A stretch of 63,914 nucleotides of DNA, filler included. It is 4 parts of 4 records of this genome, joined end to end, with 100 filler letters (N's around TTAATTAATTAA, not from the genome) between each part and the next. Parts side by side here need not be neighbours in the genome. Positions count along the whole stretch, not along the records: positions 1 to 11,787 come from SRR20825006_2322; positions 11,888 to 41,145 come from SRR20825006_2323; 2 more parts are not named here. The stretch is one strand, 5' to 3'. The notes beneath the pieces are model-generated. The model was given only the letters and a program-made list of their open reading frames with translations. It made no database searches and was not told where the DNA came from. The translations under genes were made by a program, and so were the position numbers. Numbering within the stretch: position 1 is the stretch's first letter; the number at the start of each line of letters is the position of its first letter. Positions 8,998-18,632 of this stretch are shown piece after piece.

Positions 8998-9507
8998 TTA
9001 GAAACCTAGTTCCTTTTTTACTTCGGCCAAAAGGTCTGGACCTTTGGATACGATCAAGCTCAATCCTGGGCTGGCATCGATTACGTAATCGTAACCTTTT
9101 GCCGCTGCCACTTTCTCGATTGCTGCTTTTGCCTTTTCAGAAATAGGTGCAAACAATTCTTGTTGTTTCTTTTGCATTTCTTGCATAGCTGCTTGCTCCG
9201 CTTCTTGGATATTTTGCTGGAAACCTTGTAGTTCAACAGCTCTTTGCTCGTTTTCTTCCCTTGTTTTGGAAGTTGCTTCGTTTTCGTATTGTGTATACTT
9301 GTTTTGAAGCTCGGTCATAGAGCTTTGGATATCCGCTCTGTAAGTTTCTTGTAATTTCTTCAATTCAGCTTGTGCAGCCTTCATCTCCGGCATATCAGAC
9401 AATAATTGCTGTACATTGATGTGTGCAATCTTGCTCTGAGCATTTACAAAACCAGTAGCCGCAACAAACAATACTAGGGCTACAGCGATTCTTTTTACAT
9501 TTTTCAT
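8998..9507 (-). CDS. skp: OmpH/Skp periplasmic chaperone
   Basis: Signal peptide, KIAHINVQQLLSDMPE, coiled coil, GYDYVID; lies downstream of bamA. Confidence 0.93.
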   Translation of the reverse strand: MKNVKRIAVALVLFVAATGFVNAQSKIAHINVQQLLSDMPEMKAAQAELKKLQETYRADIQSSMTELQNKYTQYENEATSKTREENEQRAVELQGFQQNIQEAEQAAMQEMQKKQQELFAPISEKAKAAIEKVAAAKGYDYVIDASPGLSLIVSKGPDLLAEVKKELGF

Positions 9508-9556
9508 GATTCTCAACGTTACTTTTTTGACTTTAAATTTAGTGTTTCAATATACT

Positions 9557-10378
9557 CTATCCTATTGAATCCTTTTGTTGTTCTTGCGCTTTTTTTCGCT
9601 CTTCCAATTTGGCTTTTCGCTGGGCTTCGCGCTCTTCCAATAATTTTCTCCTTCGTTCTTCGTACGCTTTCTTGCGTTCTTCTCTTTCTTTTAATTTTTC
9701 GGCTCTGCGTTCCTCTGCTGCTTTCTCCCTCTCTTCAAGGGCTTCTTCGGCCTGCTCTTGTCTTTCCCTGAGCGCATCGCTTATTTCGTCCTCCTCTTCC
9801 TGGAACTGTTCCAAACGGCTTTGTTCCTCTTGTTTTTTGTTGGAGGCACTTATTTTTCTTGTGCGTCCTATCTCCCTTAAAACCAAGTCACTTATGTCGT
9901 GTCTTTTTTCGGAGTACAACATTACAACATCTGCGGATTTATCAAAAATAAAATCGTATCTTTTATTGGCTCCGATTTTTTGTACTTCATTGAAAACTTG
10001 GTCCTGTATCGGCTGTATCAACAATTGTTTCTGTAGCACCAAATCCCCTTGAGGTCCAAAACGGTCTTGTTGGTAATCCAACATTTCCTTTTCTAATAGC
10101 TGTATCTCTTCTTCCCGCTCCAAGATCAGTTCGTCGGTCAAGAGTACTTTTTCCGCCATCAAATCTTTTTTCATTTGTTCGACAACGCTTTGCTTCAGTT
10201 CGATTTCCTGCTTCCACTTTTGGGCTTTATCGTTCAATTGCTTGGTGGCATCCCGGTACTCTTCCACATTTTCAAGGATATACTCCATATCCACATAACC
10301 TATACGAACGCCCCGTTGGGAAAACCCGTAAAAGGATGTCAGCAAAACGACTAATGTTAAAAGAACTTTGGTATTCAT
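9557..10378 (-). CDS. OmpH/Skp family protein with long charged C-terminal extension
   Basis: RIGYVDMEYILE, YDFIFDKS, E/K/R-rich tail. Confidence 0.92.
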   Translation of the reverse strand: MNTKVLLTLVVLLTSFYGFSQRGVRIGYVDMEYILENVEEYRDATKQLNDKAQKWKQEIELKQSVVEQMKKDLMAEKVLLTDELILEREEEIQLLEKEMLDYQQDRFGPQGDLVLQKQLLIQPIQDQVFNEVQKIGANKRYDFIFDKSADVVMLYSEKRHDISDLVLREIGRTRKISASNKKQEEQSRLEQFQEEEDEISDALRERQEQAEEALEEREKAAEERRAEKLKEREERKKAYEERRRKLLEEREAQRKAKLEERKKAQEQQKDSIG

Positions 10379-10399
10379 CTTTGATTCCGCATTTTACAT

Positions 10400-10418
10400 A
10401 GAAAATATCGTGCCAAAA
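10400..10418 (-). promoter_or_regulatory. Sigma54-like -24/-12 motif upstream of the skp pair
   Basis: Minus strand reads TTTTGGCACGATATTTTCT: a perfect -24 TGGCACG and a non-canonical -12. Confidence 0.45.
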
Positions 10419-10476
10419 TTACTAATTTGTTCAAAATGAACTATTTGAAAAATAATAAAGAGGCGTTTTCCATAAA

Positions 10477-10664
10477 TTAAAACTGCTGCCCGATGATGAA
10501 GTCCGTTTACCGATTACTTGCCCCATATTGAATCCTGATTTTGCCATTACATTTAGCTTTTCATCAGAATTGATTCCAGAGAGTATAGATACCGGCCCAA
10601 AAATATGTAGCCCCACTCCGGCAGATCTTTTTAACTGAAACGGATTAAAGTCATTAAAATTGTT
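10477..10664 (-). pseudogene. Decayed second copy of the bamA 3' end (about 62 codons)
   Basis: Reads NNFNDFNPFQLKRSAGVGLHIFGP..., then in a shifted frame GASNR*TDFIIGQQF*. This parallels the intact bamA end NNFQDLNPFELKRSAGAGLRIFMP...GPSGWQTHFIIGQQF*. Confidence 0.85.
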
Positions 10665-11787
10665 GTCCAATGATAAAGTGTGTCTGCCAACCACTAGGTC
10701 CAGCATTTGGTCTAACGTTATCTGCATCAAAACCATATCCAAAATCAATCCCCAAAAGACCGAACGCCGGCATAAAAATCCTTAAACCTGCACCTGCCGA
10801 CCTTTTTAGTTCAAATGGGTTGAGGTCCTGAAAATTATTGAACGCGTTACCTGCTTCCAAAAATGTTTGTACGTAAATGGATGCCGATGGTTTTAAGGTC
10901 AAAGGATATCGAAGCTCCATGGAGTACTTATTGTAGATGACCCCACCTTCTTGCTGCGCGGACTGTCTAACCGGGTTATATACGGAAAAAGCCAACGAGC
11001 TATTCTCGTAACCTCTTAATTGCACTACATCCCGACCGTCCAAACTAAAGTTTCCTAGACCGTCGCCCCCGACATAAAAACGCTCAAAAGGCACATCCCC
11101 TATATCATTATTATAGGACCCCAAGAATCCAAATTCTGCATTGGTACGCAATACCAGTTTATCCACAATATTGGTGTACCAATCTCCTTTAAACTTCACC
11201 TTATAGAACTCCAACCACCTAAAGCGCTCCTTTTCTATCTCCCTTATTTCATTGGCCTCCAAGGTGGTCAACGGTCTTTCCAGAGAGATATCCGTCAATT
11301 CCTTTCTACGGTTTTTTAACGATTTAAAATCTTTGCTGCCAAAGAGCGAATATGGCGGTGTAAATTTTGCCGTAAGCTCAAAGTTGGAACCCGTCATGGG
11401 GAAAATTCTACTGGGACCTTGGGAACTTCTGGAAATACCAAAAGTGTATGTCAATGAGTTTGAGCTACCGTTACCAAAGTTAAATAGTCCCAAATCATAA
11501 TCATCGAACTTATAATATTGATAACCCACGGAATGGGAAATCGTAAAGAAATCATCCGGCCATTGTACCCTTTTCGCCAAACCGGCAGATACTCCCGTAA
11601 TGGAGAACCCACGATCTTTCTGCACATCCAATCTACCATTTTGATCATATCCAGTAGCAAACTGTTGTGTTCTGGACAGCGACATGTTAAACCTTACCGG
11701 TTTTTTACCGCCCAACCACGGCTCGGAGAAGTTCAAGCTATAGACACGGAAGGTCCTACTGGCCTGCAAACGCAGGGCAAAGGTTTG
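10654..11787 (-). CDS. bamA: Outer-membrane protein assembly factor BamA, C-terminal barrel (5'-truncated at contig end)
   Basis: FSEPWLGG, ERFYVGGDG, LRGY, ELRYP, C-terminal THFIIGQQF; synteny with skp. Confidence 0.95.
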   Translation of the reverse strand, partial: QTFALRLQASRTFRVYSLNFSEPWLGGKKPVRFNMSLSRTQQFATGYDQNGRLDVQKDRGFSITGVSAGLAKRVQWPDDFFTISHSVGYQYYKFDDYDLGLFNFGNGSSNSLTYTFGISRSSQGPSRIFPMTGSNFELTAKFTPPYSLFGSKDFKSLKNRRKELTDISLERPLTTLEANEIREIEKERFRWLEFYKVKFKGDWYTNIVDKLVLRTNAEFGFLGSYNNDIGDVPFERFYVGGDGLGNFSLDGRDVVQLRGYENSSLAFSVYNPVRQSAQQEGGVIYNKYSMELRYPLTLKPSASIYVQTFLEAGNAFNNFQDLNPFELKRSAGAGLRIFMPAFGLLGIDFGYGFDADNVRPNAGPSGWQTHFIIGQQF

Positions 11788-11887
11788 NNNNNNNNNNNNN
11801 NNNNNNNNNNNNNNNNNNNNNNNNNNNNNNNTTAATTAATTAANNNNNNNNNNNNNNNNNNNNNNNNNNNNNNNNNNNNNNNNNNNN
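11788..11887. other. Artificial contig spacer
   Basis: 44 N + TTAATTAATTAA (stops in all six frames) + 44 N; base composition and taxonomy change across it. Confidence 0.97.
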
Positions 11888-12948
11888 GTGCCGGGGCGCG
11901 GGCTGTATTTAAAGCTGTAGGCTTGCGCGTATTTCACCCGGCGCACCAGGTCGAGCGTGTCTTCAAAATCTTCATCGGTTTCACCGGGGAAACCGACGAT
12001 AAAGTCGCTTGAGAGCGCAAGGTCTGGTTTTGCTTCGCGCAGCCGTTCGATAACACGGAAATATTCTTCCCGTGTGTGCTTGCGGTTCATGGCGTCCAAT
12101 ATACGGTCTGAGCCGCTTTGTACTGGCAGGTGCAGGTACGGCATGCAGGATGCGATATCGCGGTGCGCAAAAATCAGCTCATCATCCATATCGCGTGGGT
12201 GCGAGGTGGTGTAGCGGATGCGACCAAGACCATCGATCTTATCAAGTTCTGCGATCAAGGCGCCAAGGGTTGCGGTGCCACCCTTGCTGTCATCACCGTG
12301 GAAAGCGTTGACATTCTGCCCAAGCAGCGTGATCTCAACCACGCCTTTGGCAACAAGACGTTTGGCTTCATCGACGATATCTTTTACCGGACGACTGTAT
12401 TCAGCGCCGCGGGTATAAGGCACCACGCAGAAGGTGCAAAACTTGTCACAGCCTTCCTGAATGGTGAGGAATGCGGCCGGGCCGTCAAAGTCGCTGTCGT
12501 CCGGCAGGTGGTCAAATTTGCTGTCAACCGGGAAGTCTGTATCCAGAACGCGGGCTGAGCGGCGACCGCCAGAGCGTTGTTCTTCAGCTGATTTCAGCAT
12601 GTCCGGCAGTCGGTGGTAGGTTTGCGGGCCCAGCACCATATCGATCGCGGGCGCGCGCTTCATCATTTCAGGCCCTTCAGCCTGCGCCACACAACCAGCT
12701 ACCGCGATATACATATTTTTACCGCCCTGAGCCTGCACTTCCTTTTGCGCTTTCAGGCGTCCAATTTCAGAATAGACCTTCTCAGCGGCTTTTTCACGAA
12801 TATGGCAGGTGTTGAGAATCACGAGATCAGCGTCATCCGCGCTCTCTGACTGCTCATAACCATGGGGTTTGAGAACATCGGCCATACGCTTGCTGTCATA
12901 GACATTCATCTGGCAGCCGTATGTTTTGATGAAGACTTTTTTACTCAA
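11888..12948 (-). CDS. miaB: tRNA-2-methylthio-N6-dimethylallyladenosine synthase, 3'-truncated
   Basis: [19 protein letters not shown], radical [18 protein letters not shown]. Start is uncertain; TTG at 12948 chosen because of an upstream GGAG. Confidence 0.95.
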
Positions 12949-13119
12949 GCGACCTGCTCCTGCCTCGGTAACGTCGGGCTCACACACTGGCCCCAAAGGG
13001 GCTATTCTCTGAAAAAGGTGCCGGAGACTAGCATTAAAGCCCCCAGAGTCAACAATCCGGTCAAGAAATCGAGGTCAAAGAGGGCAGTGTGGCAAAGCTT
13101 TCAGCGCGGCGGTGCTTGA

Positions 13120-14064
13120 CTACGCCGTGCCGATGGTGAGATCGGCCGGTGCCTCGATCACTTCCTTGCCCAGTGCAGGCCCCAGTGCAGGCCCCAGTGC
13201 AGGCAATGCCGCATGTTGCGGGCCCATTTTCAGCTCAGCCCGGTGCGCGCGTTCAAGCCCGCGCCGCACTTCCGCCTCACAATAAGCCGCCAGCGCCTTG
13301 CGAGACCCGGCTTCCGCCAGCGTTACCGGCGCATGAAACTCTATCACGGCCTCAACACGGGCGCGGCCCATCAGCTGGCGCAAATGACCAAACAGTTCCA
13401 CATCGCCAAGCCAAGCCACCCATGGTTTCTGAGACCGCACGAGCGGGATGCCGTTCAGCTCAGTATAGGCAAGTGTGACAGGCTGGATCACCAGATTATG
13501 ATCGCTGGCTTCGTCCGCGCGTTCCGCCACAGAAAACAGCGCTGACTTAAACTGCGCCACCCGCATGCCGTCCGTTGATGTGCCTTCCGGGAACAGGATG
13601 AGGCTATGGCCTTCCTGCACGCGTTCGGTCAGGGCATCACGCTGGCGCGCGCTCTCAGACCGGCGTTCCCGGTTTACAAATATGGTTTTATGCAGCTTAC
13701 AGAGCGTGCCGATGAAACCCCAGCCCGCCACTTCAGATTTTGCAATGAAGCTTGCGTTCTCAAGGTGCCCGCCAAGCACGATGATATCGAGCCAGGAAAT
13801 ATGGTTGCAGGCGTAAAGAACCGGGCCTTTATGCCCAAGCTCCGCCCCACTGATGGTCACACGAATGCCAAGGATACGGCACATGGTACGGTGCCAGAAG
13901 CCCGCCATGGGCCACCAGGCCTTGCGGGCAAACCGAACCAGAAAAAATTGGATGGGCAGAATGAAGATGGACGTGGCAACAACAAGGCTGATGCGTGCTA
14001 TCCCTAAAATGGTCCAGCCGTCGCCACCAAGGTTGGATCTAAGCCCGCCGTATTCCTCCGCCAT
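13120..14064 (-). CDS. Lysophospholipid acyltransferase (PlsC/OlsA-like)
   Basis: NHISWLD (HX4D), FIAKSEV, FPEGT; occupies the conserved position between fur and miaB. Confidence 0.9.
   Translation of the reverse strand: MAEEYGGLRSNLGGDGWTILGIARISLVVATSIFILPIQFFLVRFARKAWWPMAGFWHRTMCRILGIRVTISGAELGHKGPVLYACNHISWLDIIVLGGHLENASFIAKSEVAGWGFIGTLCKLHKTIFVNRERRSESARQRDALTERVQEGHSLILFPEGTSTDGMRVAQFKSALFSVAERADEASDHNLVIQPVTLAYTELNGIPLVRSQKPWVAWLGDVELFGHLRQLMGRARVEAVIEFHAPVTLAEAGSRKALAAYCEAEVRRGLERAHRAELKMGPQHAALPALGPALGPALGKEVIEAPADLTIGTA
13169..13204. repeat. In-frame 12-bp tandem repeat x3
   Basis: CCCAGTGCAGGC x3, encoding the PALG repeats in the acyltransferase C-terminal tail. Confidence 0.9.
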
Positions 14065-14110
14065 GTCTTCGCTCCGCAAACCCGCAACCGCCAAGGCTGC
14101 GGTGCGTCAG

Positions 14111-14536
14111 TTATTTCGCTTCTTTTATCGGCACGCCATATAGCTCCATCCGGTGGTCCACCAGTTTGTAGCCAAGCTTGCGTGCAATCTCTTCTTGCAG
14201 CTTTTCTATTTCATCATTGTGAAACTCGAGCACTTCGCCTGTTTCCACATTGATGAGATGGTCATGATGCTCGTCAGACACCGGCTCGTAGCGTGAGCGT
14301 CCGTCCCGAAAATCATGCCGCTCCAGAATGCCCGCTTCTTCAAAAAGGCGAACGGTGCGATAAACGGTTGCGATACTGATGCCGGAATCGATTGCCGTTG
14401 AGCGGCGATAAACCTCTTCCACATCAGGGTGGTCGTCCGCCTCAGACAAAACCTTGGCGATAACCCGCCGCTGGTCTGTCATCCGCATGCCTTTTTCCAA
14501 GCACAGGTCTTCAATATTCGGATGATCCATATTCAT
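14111..14536 (-). CDS. fur: Fur/Mur family metalloregulator
   Basis: GMRMTDQRRVI, DHPDVEE, SIATVYRT, HHDHLI; AAGGAG upstream of the ATG at 14536. Confidence 0.93.
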   Translation of the reverse strand: MNMDHPNIEDLCLEKGMRMTDQRRVIAKVLSEADDHPDVEEVYRRSTAIDSGISIATVYRTVRLFEEAGILERHDFRDGRSRYEPVSDEHHDHLINVETGEVLEFHNDEIEKLQEEIARKLGYKLVDHRMELYGVPIKEAK

Positions 14537-14671
14537 GACCTTTAGGCGCTCCTTAAGTCTCACTAATTCGGGAATATGTCCGGAAGATGGCACAGCAAAA
14601 AGCCAAGCGCAAGGCGCAGTAGGCCTTATTCTGGCTCTGCACCTGACGCAATCTTTAAGAGGCGGGAAAAA

Positions 14672-15082
14672 TCAGCGTTTCTTGCCGCGACCAAGCCCGA
14701 TTTTTTTTGCCAGATCCCGACGCTGTTTGGCGTAATTTGGCGCCACCATCGGATAGTCAGCCGGCAAACTCCAGCGCTCCCGATAATCATCCGGGGTCAT
14801 GTCGTAACGGGTCTTGAGGTGACGCTTCAGCATTTTCAGCTTCTTGCCATCCTCAAGGCAAATCAGGAAATCAGGTGTAATCGACTTTTTGATCGGCACA
14901 GCCGGATCAGGAAGTTGTTCTGTGGCTAGCCCATCGCTACCCAGCCCTTTGAGCGTACCGAATATTTGTTGAATCAGATTTGGCAACTCATCTACGGCAA
15001 CAGAATTATTTGATACATGCGACGCGACAATCTCTACGGTCAGCGCCAGCAGTTCTTCATTTACGAGTTTGTCTTGCTCCAT
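14672..15082 (-). CDS. mucR: MucR/Ros zinc-finger nucleoid-associated regulator
   Basis: PAVPIKKSITPDFLICLEDGKKLKMLKRHL...YPMVAPNYA. Confidence 0.95.
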   Translation of the reverse strand: MEQDKLVNEELLALTVEIVASHVSNNSVAVDELPNLIQQIFGTLKGLGSDGLATEQLPDPAVPIKKSITPDFLICLEDGKKLKMLKRHLKTRYDMTPDDYRERWSLPADYPMVAPNYAKQRRDLAKKIGLGRGKKR

Positions 15083-15194
15083 ATCCCTCAGTCCGGCTAC
15101 CAGGTTTGAACTGGAACTTGTCTTTTGTTACGTTTTCCCTTTAAGGAAAACCTGAAATATACTCTACAAATATTTGCACTCAGGAACCCACGGC

Positions 15195-15494
15195 ATGCTC
15201 AAGTCGGATCTCTCACAACCCCTGGACTTGCGCGGCGCCTTTTGCCCCATGGCCTTTGTCAAAACCAAAGTCCATCTGGACAAGCTTTTGCCCGGCGATG
15301 TGACAACCATCCTTTTTGAGGATACACCACCAAACGAACCCCTTGTTCGGTCCATCCAATCCCTTGGTCACAAGGTTTTGGAGGTAACACCGGTTGAAGC
15401 AGAATTGGAGCCCCCCAAAGCCGGACATTCAAAAGCTTCCCCCACGAACGGTTCTTCACAGTTAACCCTACTTAAAATTGAAGTAAATAGTTAA
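15195..15494 (+). CDS. TusA/SirA family sulfur carrier
   Basis: LDLRGAFCPMAFVKTK...LLPGD (CPx motif). Confidence 0.8.
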   Translation: MLKSDLSQPLDLRGAFCPMAFVKTKVHLDKLLPGDVTTILFEDTPPNEPLVRSIQSLGHKVLEVTPVEAELEPPKAGHSKASPTNGSSQLTLLKIEVNS

Positions 15495-15507
15495 ACCGGC
15501 TTTTTAT

Positions 15508-16053
15508 TTAAATTTCTTTGTGATCACATGCTGTTTTCAAAAACAAAGCCAAACATAGAGCATCAACATGATTACCACTTCGTGTCTTGTAGTAGTTTGA
15601 TCTTTTGCCAATTTTTTCAAAACCCAGGTCTGAATACAGTTTAACTGCACGAAGATTATCAGCCCTTACCTCCAGAAACAGTTTTTCTACGCGCTCGTCC
15701 TCAAGGCAAAGTCGCATTTTCAGCATAAGCGCGCGGGCCACGCCCTGCCCCTGAAATGCAGGCAGCGTCGCCAGTGTAATCAGCTCGGCTTCTCCGGCGA
15801 CCATGCGATAAAGCGCAAAACCCGCAGGCGCATCCTCTGTGTTGTCACCTTCTATATGTGCCAACAGAAGATGAACCCCGGATGAAGCCATCAGGTCTTC
15901 AATCGCCTGCGCACTCCAGCCTTCTTCATCCAGCGGGCTGAAAGCCTCTTTGTGGATGGTGGCACAAAGCGCTGCGCCCTCCGCGCCAGACAGATCAATG
16001 TTTTTGACGATAATATTTGAAGGCGAGGTTCGGCTCATGCCATCACCCGTCAT
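15508..16053 (-). CDS. rimI: RimI-like GNAT acetyltransferase
   Basis: EAELITLAT..FQGQGVA, FLEVRADN, LYSDLGF..IGKRSNYY; coupled to tsaB. Confidence 0.88.
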   Translation of the reverse strand: MTGDGMSRTSPSNIIVKNIDLSGAEGAALCATIHKEAFSPLDEEGWSAQAIEDLMASSGVHLLLAHIEGDNTEDAPAGFALYRMVAGEAELITLATLPAFQGQGVARALMLKMRLCLEDERVEKLFLEVRADNLRAVKLYSDLGFEKIGKRSNYYKTRSGNHVDALCLALFLKTACDHKEI

Positions 16054-16715
16054 TGCTGAATGGGTAAAAGCGCCTTGGCTTTCACCGCATCAGCCGCGCG
16101 GAAATAGGCAGGCTCTGGCAGATAATCTTTTGGGTCGAGGTTTGATGCGAGCCGCGCAAGCATCACCGGGTCCACCACCGCGCCCTGCGCGTCATCGTCC
16201 AGAAGCACTGCGCCACTGCCAATCACCACACCGGGGGCCGCTGCCACCAGCGCCGCGATATCTGCGCCGTCAAGGCCGCCTGGCTCACCAAGGCTTTCAG
16301 GCAATTCGCCCGGCCGTGCGCTAAAGGCCTGGTAAAATGCCTGCCCGCCCCGGCCCATAAGTACCGCGTGCACCCGCTCACCCTCTCCCGCGCCAGCCTG
16401 CGCAGCCAGCACTTGAAGGCTGGTCAGCCCGATCACGGGTTTGTTGAGTGCAAGGCCAAGCCCCCGCGCCACTGAAAGCCCAATGCGTAAGCCGGTAAAA
16501 GTGCCGGGGCCAACCGTTACTGCGATGCGCTCAACGCCATCATAGGTACAGCTAGCTTCATGGAGCATTTCGTCTATCATCGGCAAAAGCCGCTCGGCGT
16601 GCCCGCGGCCAATGGCCTCAGACCGTGCAGCCAACACCGCATCACCCGCCACCAGGGCGGCGGAGCAACTGCCTTCGCAGGTATCAATTGCCAAAATAAT
16701 GCCGGGGGTTGCCAT
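16050..16715 (-). CDS. tsaB: tRNA threonylcarbamoyladenosine biosynthesis protein TsaB
   Basis: LAIDT, GHAERLLPMI, GPGTFTGLRIG. Confidence 0.95.
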   Translation of the reverse strand: MATPGIILAIDTCEGSCSAALVAGDAVLAARSEAIGRGHAERLLPMIDEMLHEASCTYDGVERIAVTVGPGTFTGLRIGLSVARGLGLALNKPVIGLTSLQVLAAQAGAGEGERVHAVLMGRGGQAFYQAFSARPGELPESLGEPGGLDGADIAALVAAAPGVVIGSGAVLLDDDAQGAVVDPVMLARLASNLDPKDYLPEPAYFRAADAVKAKALLPIQQ

Positions 16716-16833
16716 GCTTATAGGTCCGTTCGCAAGATGCGCGGTGCAATATTAAAGAAGCACCTTCTTCGCGCCCCGTCTTGCCAGTTTGCGCCAAACA
16801 AGGCAAGACTAGGCATCAAATGAGGGACCTCAG

Positions 16834-17901
16834 ATGAAAAATAGCGCGACCCTGAAACGGCATAATGAGATTTGGCACAAACTTCTGGCCTCCTTGCTGG
16901 CGGTCGCGCTTCTCGGCAGCAGCGCAGCCTTCGCGGACCAATCCGCCGCCATACTCCTGTACCACCGCTTCGGGGAAGATGATTACCCCAGCACCAACGT
17001 GCGGCTGGAACAGCTAGACGCCCAGATCAAAGAACTGAAAGAAAACGGTTCTAATTTCCTGCCCCTTGGTGAGATTGTCCGCCGCCTCAAGGCCAACGAA
17101 GCGCTGCCTGAGCGCACCGTCGCCATTACGGTGGATGACGCCTATAAATCTGTAGCTGATCATGCATGGCCCCGGCTCAAGCGGGCCGGTATTCCCATGA
17201 CGCTTTTTGTCTCCACCGAGCCGGTGGATAGCCCCAGCAGCAACTATATGGATTGGGATGACGTGCGCGCACTTCACAGTGACGGCGTCGAGATCGCGCA
17301 TCACACAGCCACCCACCTCCATATGATTGACGCCGGGCTTGAAGCCGCCATGGCCGATGTGCGTACCGCCAGCGCGCGCTTTGAAGCCGAGCTTGGTTTT
17401 GTACCCAAGCTGTTTGCCTACCCTTACGGCGAATATAATACCGAGATCAAAACCGCGATTGAGAAGGAAGGTTTCACTGCCGCTTTCGCGCAGGTTTCAG
17501 GTGCAGCTGCAGCGTGGAGCGACGCCTACAGCCTGCCGCGCTTCCCGGTGAATGAGCGGTACGGCGAGATGGACCGCTTCAGGCTGATCGCGGGCACCAT
17601 GGCCTTGCCGGTCAGCGATGTGGTGCCGCTTGAACCGCTTCTCACGGAGGATCGCAACCCGCCGCTTTTTGGTTTCACCGTTGATGATAGCGTGCGCGGG
17701 CTGTCAGCCCTTGCCTGTTACCCAAGCCATCTGGGCAAACCGGCGGAACTTTTAACGCTTGAGGGCAACCGTATAGAAGTACGGTTCAAGGAACCCTTCC
17801 CCAAAGGGCGCAACCGTATCAATTGCACGCTCCCGGCTGGTCAAGGCCGCTGGTATTGGCTTGGTCAGTTTTTCTATGTGCCCGGCGGGGTGCTGGACTA
17901 G
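16834..17901 (+). CDS. Periplasmic polysaccharide deacetylase (CE4)
   Basis: Signal peptide; LLYHRF, ITVDDAY, HHTATH, FAYPYGE. Confidence 0.92.
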   Translation: MKNSATLKRHNEIWHKLLASLLAVALLGSSAAFADQSAAILLYHRFGEDDYPSTNVRLEQLDAQIKELKENGSNFLPLGEIVRRLKANEALPERTVAITVDDAYKSVADHAWPRLKRAGIPMTLFVSTEPVDSPSSNYMDWDDVRALHSDGVEIAHHTATHLHMIDAGLEAAMADVRTASARFEAELGFVPKLFAYPYGEYNTEIKTAIEKEGFTAAFAQVSGAAAAWSDAYSLPRFPVNERYGEMDRFRLIAGTMALPVSDVVPLEPLLTEDRNPPLFGFTVDDSVRGLSALACYPSHLGKPAELLTLEGNRIEVRFKEPFPKGRNRINCTLPAGQGRWYWLGQFFYVPGGVLD

Positions 17902-17936
17902 GGTAGCGGTCGTGCCCAGGGCCTAAGTTCAAGGGC

Positions 17937-18500
17937 CTAGTCGATCGCGCGCACATCCACAACTTCCGGCACATAATATTTGAGAAGGTTCTCAATACCG
18001 TGCTTGAGCGTGATTGTGCTGCTTGGGCAGCCTGAACACGCGCCCTGCAGTTGAAGGTAAACAACACCTTCCTTGAAACCACGATAGATAATATCGCCAC
18101 CATCACCCGCGACCGCCGGGCGGATTTTTTCATCCAGCAGCGTTTTGATCTGGCTGGTGATATCAGCATCGGCTTCGTCTTCATCCACCGCGAGGTCTTC
18201 ACCGTTTGAGCTTGGATGCGTGAGCACTGGCGCGCCAGACGAGAAAAACTGCATCAGGCCCGCAAGCACATTTGGCTTCACGTCTTCCCACTCGGTCTCG
18301 GTGGCTTTGGTGATGGTGATGAAGTCATAGCCAAGGAACACACCGGCAACACCGTCGAGCCGGAACATGGCTTCCGCAAGCGGAGAGGCATCCGCACCCT
18401 CGGGGCTTGCGAAGTTGGCTGTGCCTGTCTCCAGAACAGCGCGGCCCGGCAGGAATTTCAGCGTATCGGGGTTCGGTGTGGCTTCGGTTTCGATAAACAT
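17937..18500 (-). CDS. nfuA: NifU/Nfu-type Fe-S carrier
   Basis: MFIETEATPNPDTLKFLPG N-domain; IRPAVAGDGGD and GACSGCPSS (CxxC). Confidence 0.93.
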   Translation of the reverse strand: MFIETEATPNPDTLKFLPGRAVLETGTANFASPEGADASPLAEAMFRLDGVAGVFLGYDFITITKATETEWEDVKPNVLAGLMQFFSSGAPVLTHPSSNGEDLAVDEDEADADITSQIKTLLDEKIRPAVAGDGGDIIYRGFKEGVVYLQLQGACSGCPSSTITLKHGIENLLKYYVPEVVDVRAID

Positions 18501-18632
18501 GACTAAATCCTTCTTGATTTAGCCTCCATGTGGTGTTTTTTTGCTCACCCGTCAAGTCACAAGATAGCGACATGCTGGCGCACCACCCAAAAGAAAGCCC
18601 TGAAATCAGGCTTAAAATATAGGTCTAAGGCC

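Noticed and set aside
9557-9850. Low-complexity E/K/R-rich tail of the Skp paralogue as a novelty
   Set aside because: Charged extensions on the first of two tandem Skp genes are ordinary in Flavobacteriaceae, as far as I know.
10431-10748. 105-aa ORF in the track overlapping the bamA end
   Set aside because: It is an off-frame read of bamA running into the decayed bamA copy; treated as a relic, not a gene.
11832-11843. TTAATTAATTAA as a regulatory (CtrA-like) or restriction site
   Set aside because: Identical in all three N-gaps; it is a synthetic six-frame stop linker.
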